Assembly: GCA_014905635.1 (NCBI GenBank)
Contig: JABVCE010000007.1
Span: 1,116,001-1,180,000 of the forward strand
DNA from: Scenedesmus sp. PABB004
Lineage: Eukaryota
Direction: 5' to 3'
Length of the DNA stretch: 64,000 nt
The position numbers and the translations under genes are program-made. Numbering within the stretch: the stretch's first letter is position 1; each line of letters starts with the position of its first letter. Positions 15,730 to 28,584 of this stretch are shown here, in pieces. The notes under the pieces are model-generated. The model did no database searches. It was not told the DNA's origin and saw nothing but the letters and a program-made list of their open reading frames with translations.

Positions 15730-18709
15730 ATGGGCGGCGGCGCCCAGGCGCCCGGCGGGGCGCGCCGGCGGCGTCACCCGCTGGCCAAGGTCAAAGGGGG
15801 TTGGAGCGCGGAGGAGGACGCCATTCTCATAAAGTACGCGCCCGATGCCCGCAGCGCGCGCCAGCGCGACCGCGGCGTGCATTGCCCCGTCCCGGCGTGC
15901 GGCCTGGCTGCGCGCCCACGACGGCAGCGGGCGCGGGCGGCGCCGGGCCCGGGCGCGCGCGCCAGGGGCGCGGGCAGCAGCAGCAGGGCGCTGCCCCCTC
16001 GGCCGGCACGCCGCGCGCACGGCTGCCCGCGCGATCGCGCGCTGTGCGTCGTCTCACCACCCTGCGCCCCTCCCCCGGCGCCGGCAGGCTGGTGAAGAAG
16101 CACGGCGAGGGCTGCTGGAGCCCCATCGCGAAGGCGCTGAACGAGGCCTTTGACAAGAGCGATGACCAAGGCCGCATCGGCAAGCAGTGCCGCGAGGTGC
16201 GGCGCCCGGGCCGCCGCGCTCGCTGCTGCCGAGCGGCCCGCGCTCGCTGCTGCCGCCAACCGCCGCTGGCGCGCAACCGCCGCCGCGCGCAGCGCTGGAA
16301 CCACCACCTGCGCCCCGACATCAAGAAGGACGCCTGGACCGCGGCCGAGGAGGCGCAGCTGGTCGACGCGCACCGCGAGCTGGGCAACAAGTGGTCCGAC
16401 ATCGCGCGGCTGCTGCCGGGTGGGTGCGCCGCGCGGCCGCGGCCAAGCGCGCCGCGCCGCGCCCGCCGCGCCGCGCCCGCCGCGCCGCGCCGCGCCGCGC
16501 CGCGCCGCGCCGCGCCCGCCGGTCCCCGCTCACGCCGCGCCGGCGCGCAGGGCGCACCGAGAACGCTGTCAAGAACCACTGGAACGCGACGCTGCGCCGC
16601 AAGGACGCCGCGCCCGCGGGCGGCGCGCCGGCGGTGCTCAAGACCTACATGCTGCAGCTGGGGATCATCCCCGGCGGCCGCGCCGCGGCGGCGGCGGCGG
16701 CGCGCCCGCCCAAGCGCAAGCGCGGCGGCGGCGCGCGCGACGACGACGCGGCGGGCAGCGACAGCTCCGACCCGAGCTGGGACCCCGCGGCAGAGGGGCT
16801 GGAGGGCACCGCCGCGGCCGCCGCGGCCGCCGCGGCCGCCGCGGCCGCGGCGGCGGCGGCGGCGGGCAGCACGGCGCGCGCGGCGGCGGCGGGCGCCGCC
16901 GCCCTGGCGCACGGCCAGCTCGGCGGCGCGGACGCCCTGGCCGTGGCGCTGGCGGCGGCCGCCGCCGCGAGCGCCGGCGCGGCGCCCGTGCTGCCCGGCA
17001 CGCCCGGCGCCAAGAAGCGCCGCGCGGGCGGCCGCGGCGCGGCGCAGCGCAAGCCGCGCGGCGCGGCGCTGGTGAAGCAGGAGCAGGAGCAGCAGCAGGA
17101 GCAGCAGCAGCACCTGTTCGCGCTGGGTGGCGCCGGCCTGCCCGGCCTGGCGGCCGCGTTCCCCGTGCCGGCCGTCAAGCTGGAGCCCGGCGCGGGGCTG
17201 GGCGGCCCGGCCGCCTGCGCAGCGCTGGCCGGCCCGGGCGCGCCCTGGCTGCCCGGCCCTGGCGCCGGCGAGCCGTGCTGGCCCGGCGCGCACGGCCTGC
17301 CGCGCTCGGCGTCGTACCTGCTCGGCGCGGCGGGCGGCGGCGGCCAGCCCGAGAGCATCAGCAAGGCGGCGAGCTGCCCCAACCTCGGCGCCGTCGGCCG
17401 CCGCGAGCCGGGCTCGCCGCTGCTGGCGGGCCTCGGCGGCGGCGCACGCGGCGAGCAGCCCGGCCCGTCGGAGGCGGCGGCCGCGGCCGCGGCCGCCTGC
17501 GACGCCAGCGCCGTGGCCGAGGCGCAGGACAGCGAGGAGCTGGAGCACACGCTGCAGTGGCTGCAGTCGGCAGACGAACAGAGTGCCATGATGGTGGGCC
17601 TGACGGGCCTCGACGCCCTCGTCCAGCCGCCGACCGCGGCGCAGGCCCCGCAGGTCGCGCCCGGCGCGGCCACGATGGCCGCGGCCGGCAGCGCGTCCGC
17701 GAGCTCGCTGGCGTCCTGCTCCGCCGCGGCGCCGGGCGGCGGCGGCAGCGGCGGCGGCGGCGATGCGGGCGCGCCGCTCGACACGCCCACGTATGCCACG
17801 CACGGCGGCGGCGGCCTGCTGTGCCGCGCCCGCGCGTTCAGCCCCGAGGCGCGCGGCGCGCCCAGCTGCGCCAGCCCGCTGGCCGCGGAGCAGCTGCAGG
17901 GGCTCGCGTCCTGCGCGTCGGCCGCCGACCTCGCAGCGCTCACGGGCAGCTCGGCCGGCCTGGACGCGCTGGCCGGCAGCGGCGCGGCGCTCGCGGCGGC
18001 GCCCGCGCAGCTGCGCGGGCCGCCCAGCCGCTGCTGCAGCACCACCGCGATGATGATGGCGGCGCCGCCGGCGCCCGACGGCGCGCTGCGCCGGCGCAGC
18101 AGCGGCGGCGGCGGCGGCGCGCTGGGGCCACCCGGCCCTGGCCTGCTCGCGCCCGGCGAGTGGGTGCTGCCGGCGCCGGGCTGGGCGGCGGACGGCGCGC
18201 ACGACGCGGCGGCGGCCGCGCTGATGCTGCCGCTGGTGCAGCCGGACGTCGCGGTGCTCGTCGGCCACGCGCCCGCGCCGCTGCCCAGCCGCGAGCAGCT
18301 GCTGGCGCTGCTCGCGGCGCCGCTGCCGCACGGCGCCGCGCGGCCGGGCGCGGCGTACAGGGAGGCCAGCGTCTTCACCTCCCACGGCCCGCAGGCTGTC
18401 TCGGCGCGCAAGGTCGCGTGCCAGCTCGCCCTGCTGGGCCTGCCGAGCGCGCTCGCGGCCGGCGGCGGCGCGGCCGACGCCGACGCCGGCGCGCTGGCCG
18501 CCGACCTGACCGCGCTGGCGGGCCACCTCGCGCACAACATGCGCCGCGGCGCCGACGTGGGCCGCGTCGTGATGGGCCTGCGCCTGGGCGCCGGCGCCGA
18601 CGCCGGCGCGCCGGGGCTGGTGATCGCGACCACCGCGGCGAGCCTCGACGAGGCCACCGCGGCGGTGCGGCTGCTGGTGGACCAGCTCTCGCTTGTGTAC
18701 GAGGCCTGA
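15730..18709 (+). CDS. R2R3-MYB transcription factor with a C-terminal globular (MoaE-like) domain
   Basis: KVKGGWSAEEDAILIK-LVKKHGEGCWSPIAK...[62 protein letters not shown] across three introns, followed by one long exon to TGA 18707-18709. Confidence 0.92.
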
Positions 18710-19771
18710 GCTCCAGGCGTGGCAGGGGCCGGGCGCCCCGGGCGCCGCCGGCGCAGCATAGGAGGTGTATCATAGGCAACGCGGCAGGCTGGCTGGCTGG
18801 CGGCGGGGGCATGGGGTGCAACCGCTCACGAGGTTGCGCAACAGAACTGCCCAGAACAGTGAGTGCGCAGTGTGTGCGTGTGTGTGCGTCTGTGTGTGCG
18901 TGTGTGTGTGCTGCGGGTGCGGCGGCGACTGGCCGCGCCGATCTGTCTCCGCTCCCCGCACCAACGCATGTGCACGCGCATTGACGGGCCGCGGCGCTAC
19001 CGCCACGCGCGCCGGCTTCAACAAACGTCCCGCGCCCGGGGCCTTTGGCGGCGGGGTCGCCGCCTGCCTGTGCATGACACACACCACACCACGTCCGCCT
19101 CATTGTGTGCCGTGCGTGTGCCGCGAGCTGGCGGGTGGCGTCACGCACGCACGTGCCCGGGAGGGAGGAATGGAGGGGGGGGGGGGCGGGGGAGGGTCGA
19201 GCGGCGGCATTGCATGCAGTTTGGGGCGGAGCCGGCAGACTCCGCCCACGCACCTTGCGCCGCCCGCCGCGCAGCGCTGCGAGATCAGCGGCGCGCCCGC
19301 GGCGGCGGCGGCGCCCGACTCGCCACCAGTCGGGCGCGGAGGGCCGAGAACCGAAGAATCAAAGCCGTGCAGAGCGCGGCCGGGCCTGGGACGAGGCAGT
19401 CGCGGCCCGAGTATACCTTGAGTCTCCCTTAGCGTGCGTGTGTGGGTGGGGGCGTGCTGTGAGAAGCGTGAGAAGTGGGGGTGGGACGCGCTGCAGCGCC
19501 GCGCAGTCCGCGGCGCGCCACAGCGGCGGGCATCATCAGACTTTGCGCGCCGCGCCGACCGCGGGCTGCACAAGCCGATGCGTGCCGGCGGCGTGCGTGG
19601 GCAGGCGTAGCGTCAGCGTGGGGGGTGGGGGGCACTGCGGCTGGGTCGATTGGTGTGTGCGTGTGCGGCTGGATGCTGCAGCAGCCAGGGCGTCGTGTGC
19701 AGGGGTGCGGGTGCGAGCGAGCCAGAGTTGGCGAGTTGGGCGACGGTTACGGTTACGTAACAGCAGCCGCC

Positions 19772-22609
19772 TCACGCGCCGCGTGCCCGGCCGCCCTTGC
19801 CGCCCGGCCGCTGCTTCTGCTTCTTGTCGCCGCCGCCGCTGCGGCCCTTGCCGAGCTTCTTGCGCACGCCGCCCTTGGCCCGCGGCGCGGCCGCCGGCGC
19901 GCCGCCGCCCTCGTCCGCGCCGCGCCCCTCGCCCGCGCGCTGCGCGGCCTCGCCCTTGGCCCGCTTCTGCTTCTGCGCCCGCGGCGGCCCGCCGGCGGGC
20001 CTGCGCTTGCGGCGGTCGCCCTTGGACAGCTGCAGCATCCACTCCGGCACCTGCGGCGGCGCCGCGGCGGCGGCGGCGCACGCGCTCGGCTCGCTCGCCG
20101 CGCCGGGCCCCGCGCCCGACCACGCGCGCGCGCGCGCGCGCACCACGCTGCCCGCCTCGCGCGCCAGGTGCGCCACGCTGCGCAGCTTGGGCGCGTCGGC
20201 CTCGGTGAAAAACGTCACCGCCTCGCCCGCGTGCCCCGCGCGGCCTGCGGGCGCGCGGCGCGGGGGCGCCGCGTCGCGCGCGTCCGCCGCGCTGGCGGCT
20301 CGGCGCGCCGCCGGCCCCGCGCCGGCCCCCGCGCCCCCGCCGCACCGGTGCGCCCGACGCGGTGCACGTAGTCGGCGGGGGTGTGGGGAAAGTCATAGTT
20401 GACGACCGTCGCCACGCCCGCAAAGTCCATGCCGCGGCCGACCAGGTCGGTCGCGACGAGCAGCCACGTCTTGCCGGCCCGGAAGTTGTCGACCGCCGCG
20501 GCGCGCGCGGGCGCGGGCTGGTCGCCGCTGATGCTGTCCACGCGCAGGCCGTCGTAGAGCAGCTCGCGGTGCAGCGCCGACGCGCGGGCCTTGGTGGACA
20601 CAAACACCTGCGCGGCGGCGGCGGCGGCGGCGGCGCGGTGGTGGCGCGATGGCGGCCACGCGGGTGAGGCGACGGGGGTGCGGCCGCGTGCCGATGACGG
20701 CGCGGGCGTGCGGGGGAGACGGAGGAGGGTGGGGCCGCGCGGCGGCGCGGGCGCGCGCCGCCCCCGGCGCCGCACCAGCACGGGCGGCTTGAGCCCCGCC
20801 TTGATGAGCTGCCGCAGCGCCAGCAGCTTGCCCGCCTCGCGCCCCACAAACAGCAGGCGCTGCGACACGAGCGGCTGCGCCGCGTTGCGCGACCCGACGA
20901 CGACGTGCAGCGGGTCGCGCAGCACGCTGCGCGCGAGCTCCTCCACCTGGGCGGGGGGTGCGCGGGGCGTGCGCGGCCGGCGGCGAGCGCCCCGCGCGTC
21001 GGCGGGCGGGCGGCCGGCGGCGGCGGCGGCGCGCCCGCGGGGCCGCCGCGGCGGAGCGGCAGCGGCGCCGCCAGCCAGCACCACCGCCCGCCGGCGCGGC
21101 GCGCACCTTGTCCGGCAGCGTCGCGCTGAAGAGCGCGCGCGTGATGCCGGGGTGGCTCGCCGCCGCGAGCACCGCGTCGACCTGGGACGTGAAGCCCAGC
21201 GCGAGCAGCTTGTCGGCCTCGTCCAGCACCAGGTAGGTCACCTGCGCGCGACACGATGGGACAAAGGGAGCGGGGCGGGGAGCGGGCTCGCCGCCGGCCG
21301 CCGCGCCGAGCGCACAGGCCACGGCGCCGCGCGGCGCGACGCGTCCCAGCCGCAATGGCGGCCGCAGACGCGCGCGCGCGCACGCGCCTGCGAGAGGTCG
21401 ACGCGGCGCTGCTCCACGAGGGCCTTGAGGCGCAGCGGGTTGGCAACGAGCACATCGACCTTGGAGAAGTCGCTGCCGCCGGCCGAGGCCTGGCTGAGCA
21501 GGCAGCAGCGCAGGCCGCTGCCGGGGAGGAGCAGCTTGAGCACGCGCGCCGTCTGCGCCGCGAGCTCGCGCGTCGGGCTCAGCAGCAGCGCCTTGGGCGC
21601 GCCCGGCCACGCGGCGCCGCCGGTGCGCTTGGCCTCGGACAGCAGCGCGATCATGGGCAGGACAAACGCGAGCGTCTTGCCGCTCCCCGTCGGCGCGACC
21701 GCGAGCAGCTCGCGCCCCGCGAGCAGCGCGGGCACCGCCTGGCGCTGGATCGGCGTGGGCGTGTCCCAGCCGTTGGCGGCCAGGTGGGCCATGAGCTTCC
21801 GCCCCAGCCCCGGGGCCGCCGCCGCCTGCTCTGCCGCCGCTGCCGGGGCGCCCTGCTGCGCCTTGCCGCGCTTGCGCTTCGTCGGCTGCTGCTCCGGCTG
21901 CTGCTGCTCCACCTTGGGCTGCTTGGCGATGTCCGACCAGTGCTTCAGCGGCGGCGGCGCTGCCTGGCCCTTGACCTGCGGGCGGGTGGCAAGCTGGGCG
22001 GCCGCCGAGGCGCCGCGCGCGCTGCGCCGCGGCGCCAGCGGCGCACCTTGATGCGCAGCGCCTTGCGGATGAGGTTGACCTCCTCGTGCGGGTCGTTGCT
22101 GTGCACCTCCGGCAGCGCCGCCTCCGCGTGCTGCTGCGACTGCCGCTGCTGCGGCTGCGCCGCGCCTCCAAACAGGGCGATGTCGCCGGCGGGCTGCTCC
22201 GCGCCGGCCGCCGCCGCCGCCTTGCGGCGCTGCTTTTTGCTGGGCTGGCCGGCGGGGCGCGGCAGGTCTGCGGCGGCGGCCGGCCGGCGGCAGGCAGCCG
22301 CAGCTCGGCCCCGTGGCGGAGCGCTGCTGCGCGCGCCGCTGCCGCCGCCCCCGCCGGCTGCGGCGCCGGCGCTCCTCGTGCGTCCCGAGGCACCAGCGCA
22401 TCCAGGGTGCCGCCCCGAGCCTGCCGCGCGCCCCCCTGTGGCGCCCCCGGGCGCGTGGCCCGCGCGACAGCGTGCGGGCGCGTGCGGCGGCCCGCCGCAC
22501 CTGGCAGCGGCACCGCCACGCCCTGGCCGCGCGGCTGGGCGGCCGGCGACGGCGCGGCGCGCTTCCGGTCGTAGCGCGCGCCCGCAGAGAGCACGGCGAA
22601 GGGGTCCAT
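19772..22609 (-). CDS. DEAD-box RNA helicase of the ROK1/DDX52 (RH57) type
   Basis: PTPIQRQA, APTGSGKT, SPTRELA, LVLDEADKLL, ALFSATL, PPVLVFVSTK, LVATDLVGRGMDF, VVNYDFP, YVHRVGRTGRAG and VPEWML. Confidence 0.93.
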
Positions 22610-22742
22610 CGCGGGCGCGAGCCGCCGCTGCTGCCGGCGCGCGCTGGCGGCTGCGTGCGGCGCGCGGCCGGGGCCGCGGCAGGCGGTGTGCGTGGCGGCT
22701 GAACTGTATGGAGGCGTTCACGAGTTGCCAGGGCACGCGCCG

Positions 22743-24216
22743 TCATGCCTCTTTGTCACGCCGCGCCGCGCCGCGCTCGCGCGCCGCCGCCGCCAGCTGC
22801 GCGGCCGTCGCGGCCGCGAGCAGCGCCGCGCAGCACCCGCACACCGCGGGGTAGCCGACGCGCTGCAGCAGCGACGTGCCGACGAGCGGCGCGAGCATGC
22901 GCAGCGCCGATCCGAGGCTCATTTCGAGCGCCATCACGCTGCCCGCCTGGCTCGCCGGCACAGCGGCGGTGAGCCGCGCCGTGTTGAGCGTCGCGACCAG
23001 CACGCCCGCGACCGCCAGCGGCAGCATGCACGCGAGCAACCAGGCGAGGCTGCCGCGCGCCGCCGCCATTCCGCCAAAGCTGGCGGCCATCGCGGCGAGG
23101 CCTGCCCGCGCGGCGGCCGCCTCGCCGAGGCGCTCGGCGGCGGGCTTTATGACGAGCGCCTGGCCCACAAACACGCACGCGCCGACGTAGGACAGCACTA
23201 GGCCCGTGTCCCGGCTGCTGAGGCCAAAGGTCCCCTGCATCACCAGCCCGAACGTCCCTTGAAAGAGCGACATCGCCAGGCTGCTGGCCGCCTGCACCAG
23301 CAGCAGCGCCGGCACGCCGCGGCAGCGCGCCACCGCGGCGAGGCTCGCGAGGCTGGGGCCGCCGCCGGCGGGCGCCGCCGCCGCGCCGTCGGCCGCGCGG
23401 CCGCGCGGGCCGTCTGCTGGCAGGCACGCCGCCACGACGGCCAGCGCGGCGAGCGAGCCGGCCGTGGCCGCCCACGCGGTCGACGCGAGGCTCACGCTGC
23501 TCAGCACCCCGCCCGCCGCGGGTCCGAGCGCAAAGCCCAGGCCATACGACGCGCCCAGCAGCCCGAGCAGCGGCCCGCGCTCAGAGGGCGGCGAGTGCGC
23601 GACGACGATTGTGCGCGCCGCCAGCATCGCGTGCTGCGCGAGCGTGACGAGCCTGCGGCCGCGGCCGGCGGCGGGCGCGGGGGCGTGGGCCGGCGCCGCG
23701 GCATGCAGGCGGCGGCGCGGGCCGCGCACCGGCTGACGAGCAGCATCCAGATTGTCTTGGAGCTCGCGGTGCCGGCGTAGCACGCGGCCGACGCGGCGAA
23801 CGACACCAGCAGCAGGGCCTTCCCGCCGCACGCGTCGACCAGCGGGCCCGACAGCAGGCCGCCGACGAGCTGCAACGCATGGCCTGAGCTCATCAGCACA
23901 CCGTAGTAGCGCGCCGAGTCGGCGTGCAGCTCCGAGACGACGTACGGCAGCAGTGGCGCCTGGGCCATGTAGCACACCGCTGCGCGCAGCGGCGGGCGAC
24001 GAGCGGCGAGCGGCGTCGGCGGCGGGCGGTGGGCGGCGAGCGGCAGCAGCAGGAGGCGGTCGTTGGCTTGGCATGGTGGGCCCGGGCGGAGGCCGGCCGA
24101 TGCTGGGCGCAGGCCGGTGGTGCCGCCGCTGGCAGCGGCGGTGCCGCTGCTGGCGCCGCACCGTACACGAAGACCGCGCCACACAGCAGCGCCATGTCTC
24201 TGCGCGGCATCGCCAT
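22743..24216 (-). CDS. Major facilitator superfamily transporter (TetA/SLC22A18-like)
   Basis: Many hydrophobic helices, a motif A-like GPLVDACGGKALL, and motif C GLLGASYGLGFALGPAAGG. Two introns. Confidence 0.88.
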
Positions 24217-24447
24217 GGCCGCGCGTTTCTGCGGCGGCTCAGCGGCTGCGGCGCCCCGAGCGGGCGGTGCGCCGGCAGATGCCGCTGCTGCTGCACCGGC
24301 GGTGACGACAGGCTGAGGCCGCTGCGGCGCTGCCTATGCGATCAGTGGCATGCGTGCGGGAAGACGGAAGCGAGCCGGGGTTGCAATCTGCGCGCCGCTG
24401 CGGGCGGCGCGCGCCTCCACGGTCGCCGACGCCGCGGTTGAGAGCGC

Positions 24448-26276
24448 TCACGCCGCCGCGCCCGCCGCCACCGCCGCCTCGCCGCCGCCGCCGGCGCCGC
24501 CCGCGGCGGCGCGCTTCTGCAGCACGTTTTTGAGGAAGAACTCGCCCGCGCGGTACGAGCTGCGCACGAGCGGGCCGCTCGCGACGTAGAGGAAGCCCAG
24601 CTGCTCCGCGGCGGCCTGGTACGCGGCAAACGCGGCGGGCGTGACGTATTCGGACACCGCCATGTGCTTCTTGGTCGGCCGCATGTACTGCCCCAGCGTC
24701 ACGACGTCCACGCCGTGCGCGCGCAGCGCCTTAAACGCCTCCACCACCTGCCGGGGGGCGCGCCGGGGGGGGGGGGGAGCGCGCGCGGGGGGGGGGGGGG
24801 GGGGGGGGGGACGGGACGGGGACGGGTTGGGACACGCTGTGGGCGAGCGGGGGGCGGCTGGCGTGGCGCGGGAGGCCTGCCGGCGGGCCGCGCGCGCACC
24901 TCGTCCTTGTGCTCGCCGCAGCCGAGCATGATGCTGGTCTTGGTCACCGCCACGCCCGCCTCCTTGGCCGCCGTGAGCACGCCGAGGCTCTGCGCCCAGT
25001 TGGCGCGCCGGTCGCGCACGACGCCCTGCGCAGCGGCGGGCGGGCGCGGCTCGCGGGCGGCGCGGCGCGGCGCGGCGGGGGCTGCCGGGCGGCGCGCGCG
25101 CGCGGCGCGGCGGCGCGGCCACGGCGGCGCGCCTGCAGCCGCTCCACGGTCTCCACGTTGTGCGCAAACACGTCCAGCCCCGACCGCGCGACCTGGTTGA
25201 TGCTCTCGCGGTTGCCCTGCGCGCGACGCGGCGCGGCGCGGCGCGCCGGCGCGTGGGCGGCCGCGGCGCCACGCGGCTGCGCGGCCCCGAGCGCGCGCGC
25301 GCCGCGCCGCCGCAGCCAGCAGCAGCGCCGTCACGTCGAGCGCTGCGCCGCGCCGCGCGCCTGGAAGTCCGGCACCAGCGCCTCCACCAGCAGCCGCCCG
25401 TCGGTCTTCTGCTTCAGCAGCCGGATCGTCTGCGCGATGTGCGCCGCGCCGCCGTCTGCGCCGCGGCGGCGGGCGCGGCGGCGTGAGCGCGCGCGCGCGC
25501 CGCGGCCCCTCCCTGACGGAGCTCGCCGGCCAGCCCGCCGCGACCGTGACCCCCGCGTGCGGGGGGCGTGCCCGCGGCCGCGCGCACCCGGCAGGTCGTC
25601 CCGGTCCACGCTGGTCAGCACCACGTAGTCCAGCCCCCACGCCGCGATGGCCTTGGACACGTTGTCCGGCTCGGCCGGGTCGAGCGGCGGCGGCGCGCTG
25701 CGCGCGCAGCGGCGGCGCCGGCGGCGGCGGCGGCGCGGGGTCGGGCGCGGCGGCGCGCGGCGCGCGCGCGGCCGCGGCGCCGACCGCCCCGCGGGCCCGC
25801 CGCGGCCCCGCCCGGCCCAGCGGCTGCCGCCCAGGCCCGGCCCGCGCGCGCACCGCGAGGTCTTGACCGCGCAGAAGCGGCAGCCGCGCGTGCAGGTGTC
25901 ACCCATCAGCATGATCGTTGCCGTCGCGGTGTGCCCGTCACCGCCGCCCCAGCACTCGCCGATGTTGGGGCACCGCGCCTCCTCGCACACCGTGTGCAGC
26001 TTCAGCTCGCGCAGCTTGCCCTTGATGTCTGCGGGGCGCGGGCGCGCGCGTTGACGGCGGCGCCGGCGCGGTGGCGCTGCGCAGCGGGCACGCCGGCCGG
26101 CCGCAGCGCGCCGCCCCCTGTCGCTCACCAGCGTACTTGTCGCCGCCGGGGATGACGCGCTTCATCCAGTCTGGCTTGCGCCGGCGCTCCTGCGTCGCCG
26201 GCCGCGCGGTGGGCGCGTGCGGCAGCGGCCAGGGCTGCGCGTCAGCCCGAGTCGCTCCCGCTGCCGCTGCCGCTGC

Positions 26277-26316
<40 letters not shown>

Positions 26317-26319
26317 ACA

Positions 26320-26388
<69 letters not shown>

Positions 26389-26841
26389 ACATCTGCTGCT
26401 GCTGCTGCTGGTGGCTGTGAGGCCAGGAGGCCGGCGCGGCGGCGGCGGCGCGGCGGGCGGGGCAGCAGCAGCGCGCCGCACCTTGTAGCCGGGCGCCTCT
26501 AGCGAGTAGACGTCCGAATTGAGCTCGCTGCCGCTGATGAAGTCGCCCAGGTCGGGCCCTGCGCGACGGCCGGGCGCGACGGGCCGTGGGAGCCGGGATT
26601 GGCCGTGGGTGGGCGCCAGGCAGCGCTGTCCCATCTCGCGCCCATCCGCGCGCGCCGGCGCCTCACCCTGCGCCATGCGCCGGCGCAGGCCGTCCAGCGT
26701 GCTCGCGACGTCCTTCCCGGCCGGCGCGCCCGCCTGCTGTTGCGCCACGGCGGCCTCGGCGGGCCCGCAGGCGCCCCCGGCGCCAGTGTGCAGCCCCGCG
26801 CGCGCCCCGCCCCGCAGCAGGGGCACCAGCGCGCGGCGCAT
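24448..26841 (-). CDS. LIP1: Lipoyl synthase, mitochondrial (radical SAM)
   Basis: [82 protein letters not shown] and [14 protein letters not shown]. The N-terminus resembles a mitochondrial presequence. Confidence 0.96.
26260..26410. repeat. Intronic (CTG/CAG)n trinucleotide repeat with two identical CTACAT interruptions
   Basis: Lies in the LIP1 intron 26190-26481; the flanking exons join in frame as ...[13 protein letters not shown]. Confidence 0.9.
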
Positions 26842-27101
26842 CGCGGCCTGTCTGCTCTGGCCTGGCGGCGGGCTGGGTGGCAGCGGCGGCGCGCGCGCCG
26901 GCAGCGGCGCGTCGGCGTCGTCGGAGGGCGGCGGCCGCGGGGGGCGCGCAGCGAGCTCGGGGGCGGGTGTGTGTGGGCGGTGCGGGGAGCGGCAGGAGAC
27001 CGGGCGTTGCGAAGAGCGTTGCACCGCCGCCCCGACGCGCCCTTGAGCCCTGGACGCGCAACTCGTCGCCCGCAACTCCCCCGCGCAGCTCGGTCGCCGC
27101 T

Positions 27102-28120
27102 TCACTTGTCCGCGAGCAGGTCGTACGCGAACTTGAGCGTCGTGCCGACCAGGCCAAACAGGCCCAAGTAGCTCAGCGCTGCGACGCGGCAGCCGGCGGC
27201 GGCGCGGCGCGGCGGCGGCATCAGCGGGCGCGCGCTCGGGCCAGCCAGACCGCCCCAGGGCCGTGCGCCGCGCGCCGCGCCGTGCACCCGTGAGCTTGTT
27301 GACGCGCTTGGCGGGGTCGCCGGTCGCGTAGCCCTCGACGTAGCCGATCCGGCCCAGCAAATACGCCGCGCCCAGCGTGGCGGAGGTCAGCGGGTACTGA
27401 GGGCAGGCGTGGGGGGCGCGGCGGGCGGGGGGGAGGGGGGGGGGGGGGGGGGGGGGGGCGTGAGGCGGCAGGGCGGGGCGAGGGGCAGGGCAAGAGGACG
27501 CGCGGCGCGGGGCCGGTGCGGCGCTGCGGCGGTGGCGCGGCGCGGCGGCGGTTGCGTTGGCACCTGAAGCCCGGAGATGGTGAGCAGGGTGAGGAAGATG
27601 GGCTGGCTCTCCAGGCTGTTCTGGTGGGCGCGCTGGACGCAGTTGAACTCGGTTGCGTGCGCGTGCCCCGGCTCGGCGTAGAGCGCGGGATACTGGCGGC
27701 GGCGCGGCGCGCGGGCGGCGGGGGCGGGGCGGGGCGGGGGCGCGCGCGTGGACCTGGCGCCGCGGCGGCCGGCGCGGAGAGTGCTCGGGCGGGGAGCGTG
27801 CGGCAGCGCACCTCGACCTTGAACTGCTTGCGCGCCTTGACCACCTTGAACGCCATGTAGATGTGGTGCCTGCACGCGCCGGGGAGGCGCGCGGGCGCGG
27901 GCGGCGCTGAGCGGCGGCGCCGCTGAGCAGTGCAGCGTCGACAGCATCGCAGTCTGAGCGCGCACGGCTGTCGCGCACGGCGGTCGCCGCGGCGCGCGGT
28001 GGCACGCGGGCGGAGCCGCACAGCGCAGCAGCGGCCGCGGCGCGCCACGCACACGAAGTAGCTCGCCGCGGCGGTGCCGACGACGTAGCCGAAGCCGGGC
28101 TTGAGGTTGAGCGACGACAT
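27102..28120 (-). CDS. MAPEG family protein (microsomal glutathione S-transferase 3-like)
   Basis: GFGYVVGTA, MAFKVVKARKQFKVEYPALYA, FNCVQRAHQNSLESQP and GRIGYVEGYATGDPAKR. Confidence 0.94.
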
Positions 28121-28584
28121 GCTGCGAGCGCGAGCAGCAGCGGCGGGCGCGGCGGCGGCGGCGGCGGCGGCGCTCGCTGCCAGCGCGCGCGGCGCCGGCC
28201 CGGGCGTTGCAGCGCCGACACCACGCCAGCACCCAGCGGGCGAGCGCAGGCGCCGCGATCGCGCGCCACGCGCCTGCTGCTGATGCGGTGACCACGCTGT
28301 CGTGCGTGCGGTCGGTGCGGTGCCTGGGCGGGGTCAGGCGAGGGTTTGGGAGTCTGCACGTGACGTGGGCGGTGGCGGGGCCGCGTGCGCGCGTCGCAGG
28401 CCGCGCAGCAGCACCGCGACCGTCTCGCTGCCCAAGCGCGAGCGGCCGATCGATGCCGGCGCGACGCCAGCGCGGTGCAGCACGCGTCAGTCCGTCACGT
28501 CATGGCGCGCCAGCGCGCAGCGGCTGCCTAGCGCCGCGCCGGCGCAATCCGACCCGCGCGCAGCACGCGCGGGCAGGCCCGCCC

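Noticed and set aside
5177..18984. Very long overlapping ORFs (for example 5177-8032 minus, 9567-12392 minus, 15827-18535 minus, 16150-18984 plus)
   Set aside because: They are Arg/Ala/Pro/Gly-rich shadow frames, expected when stop codons are rare at this GC content, and show no recognisable motifs.
26217..26420. Poly-Cys metallothionein-like ORF, or a poly-Gln/poly-Ser insert in LIP1
   Set aside because: These are translations of an intronic CTG repeat. The Gln frame contains TAG stops, and the LIP1 exons join cleanly without it.
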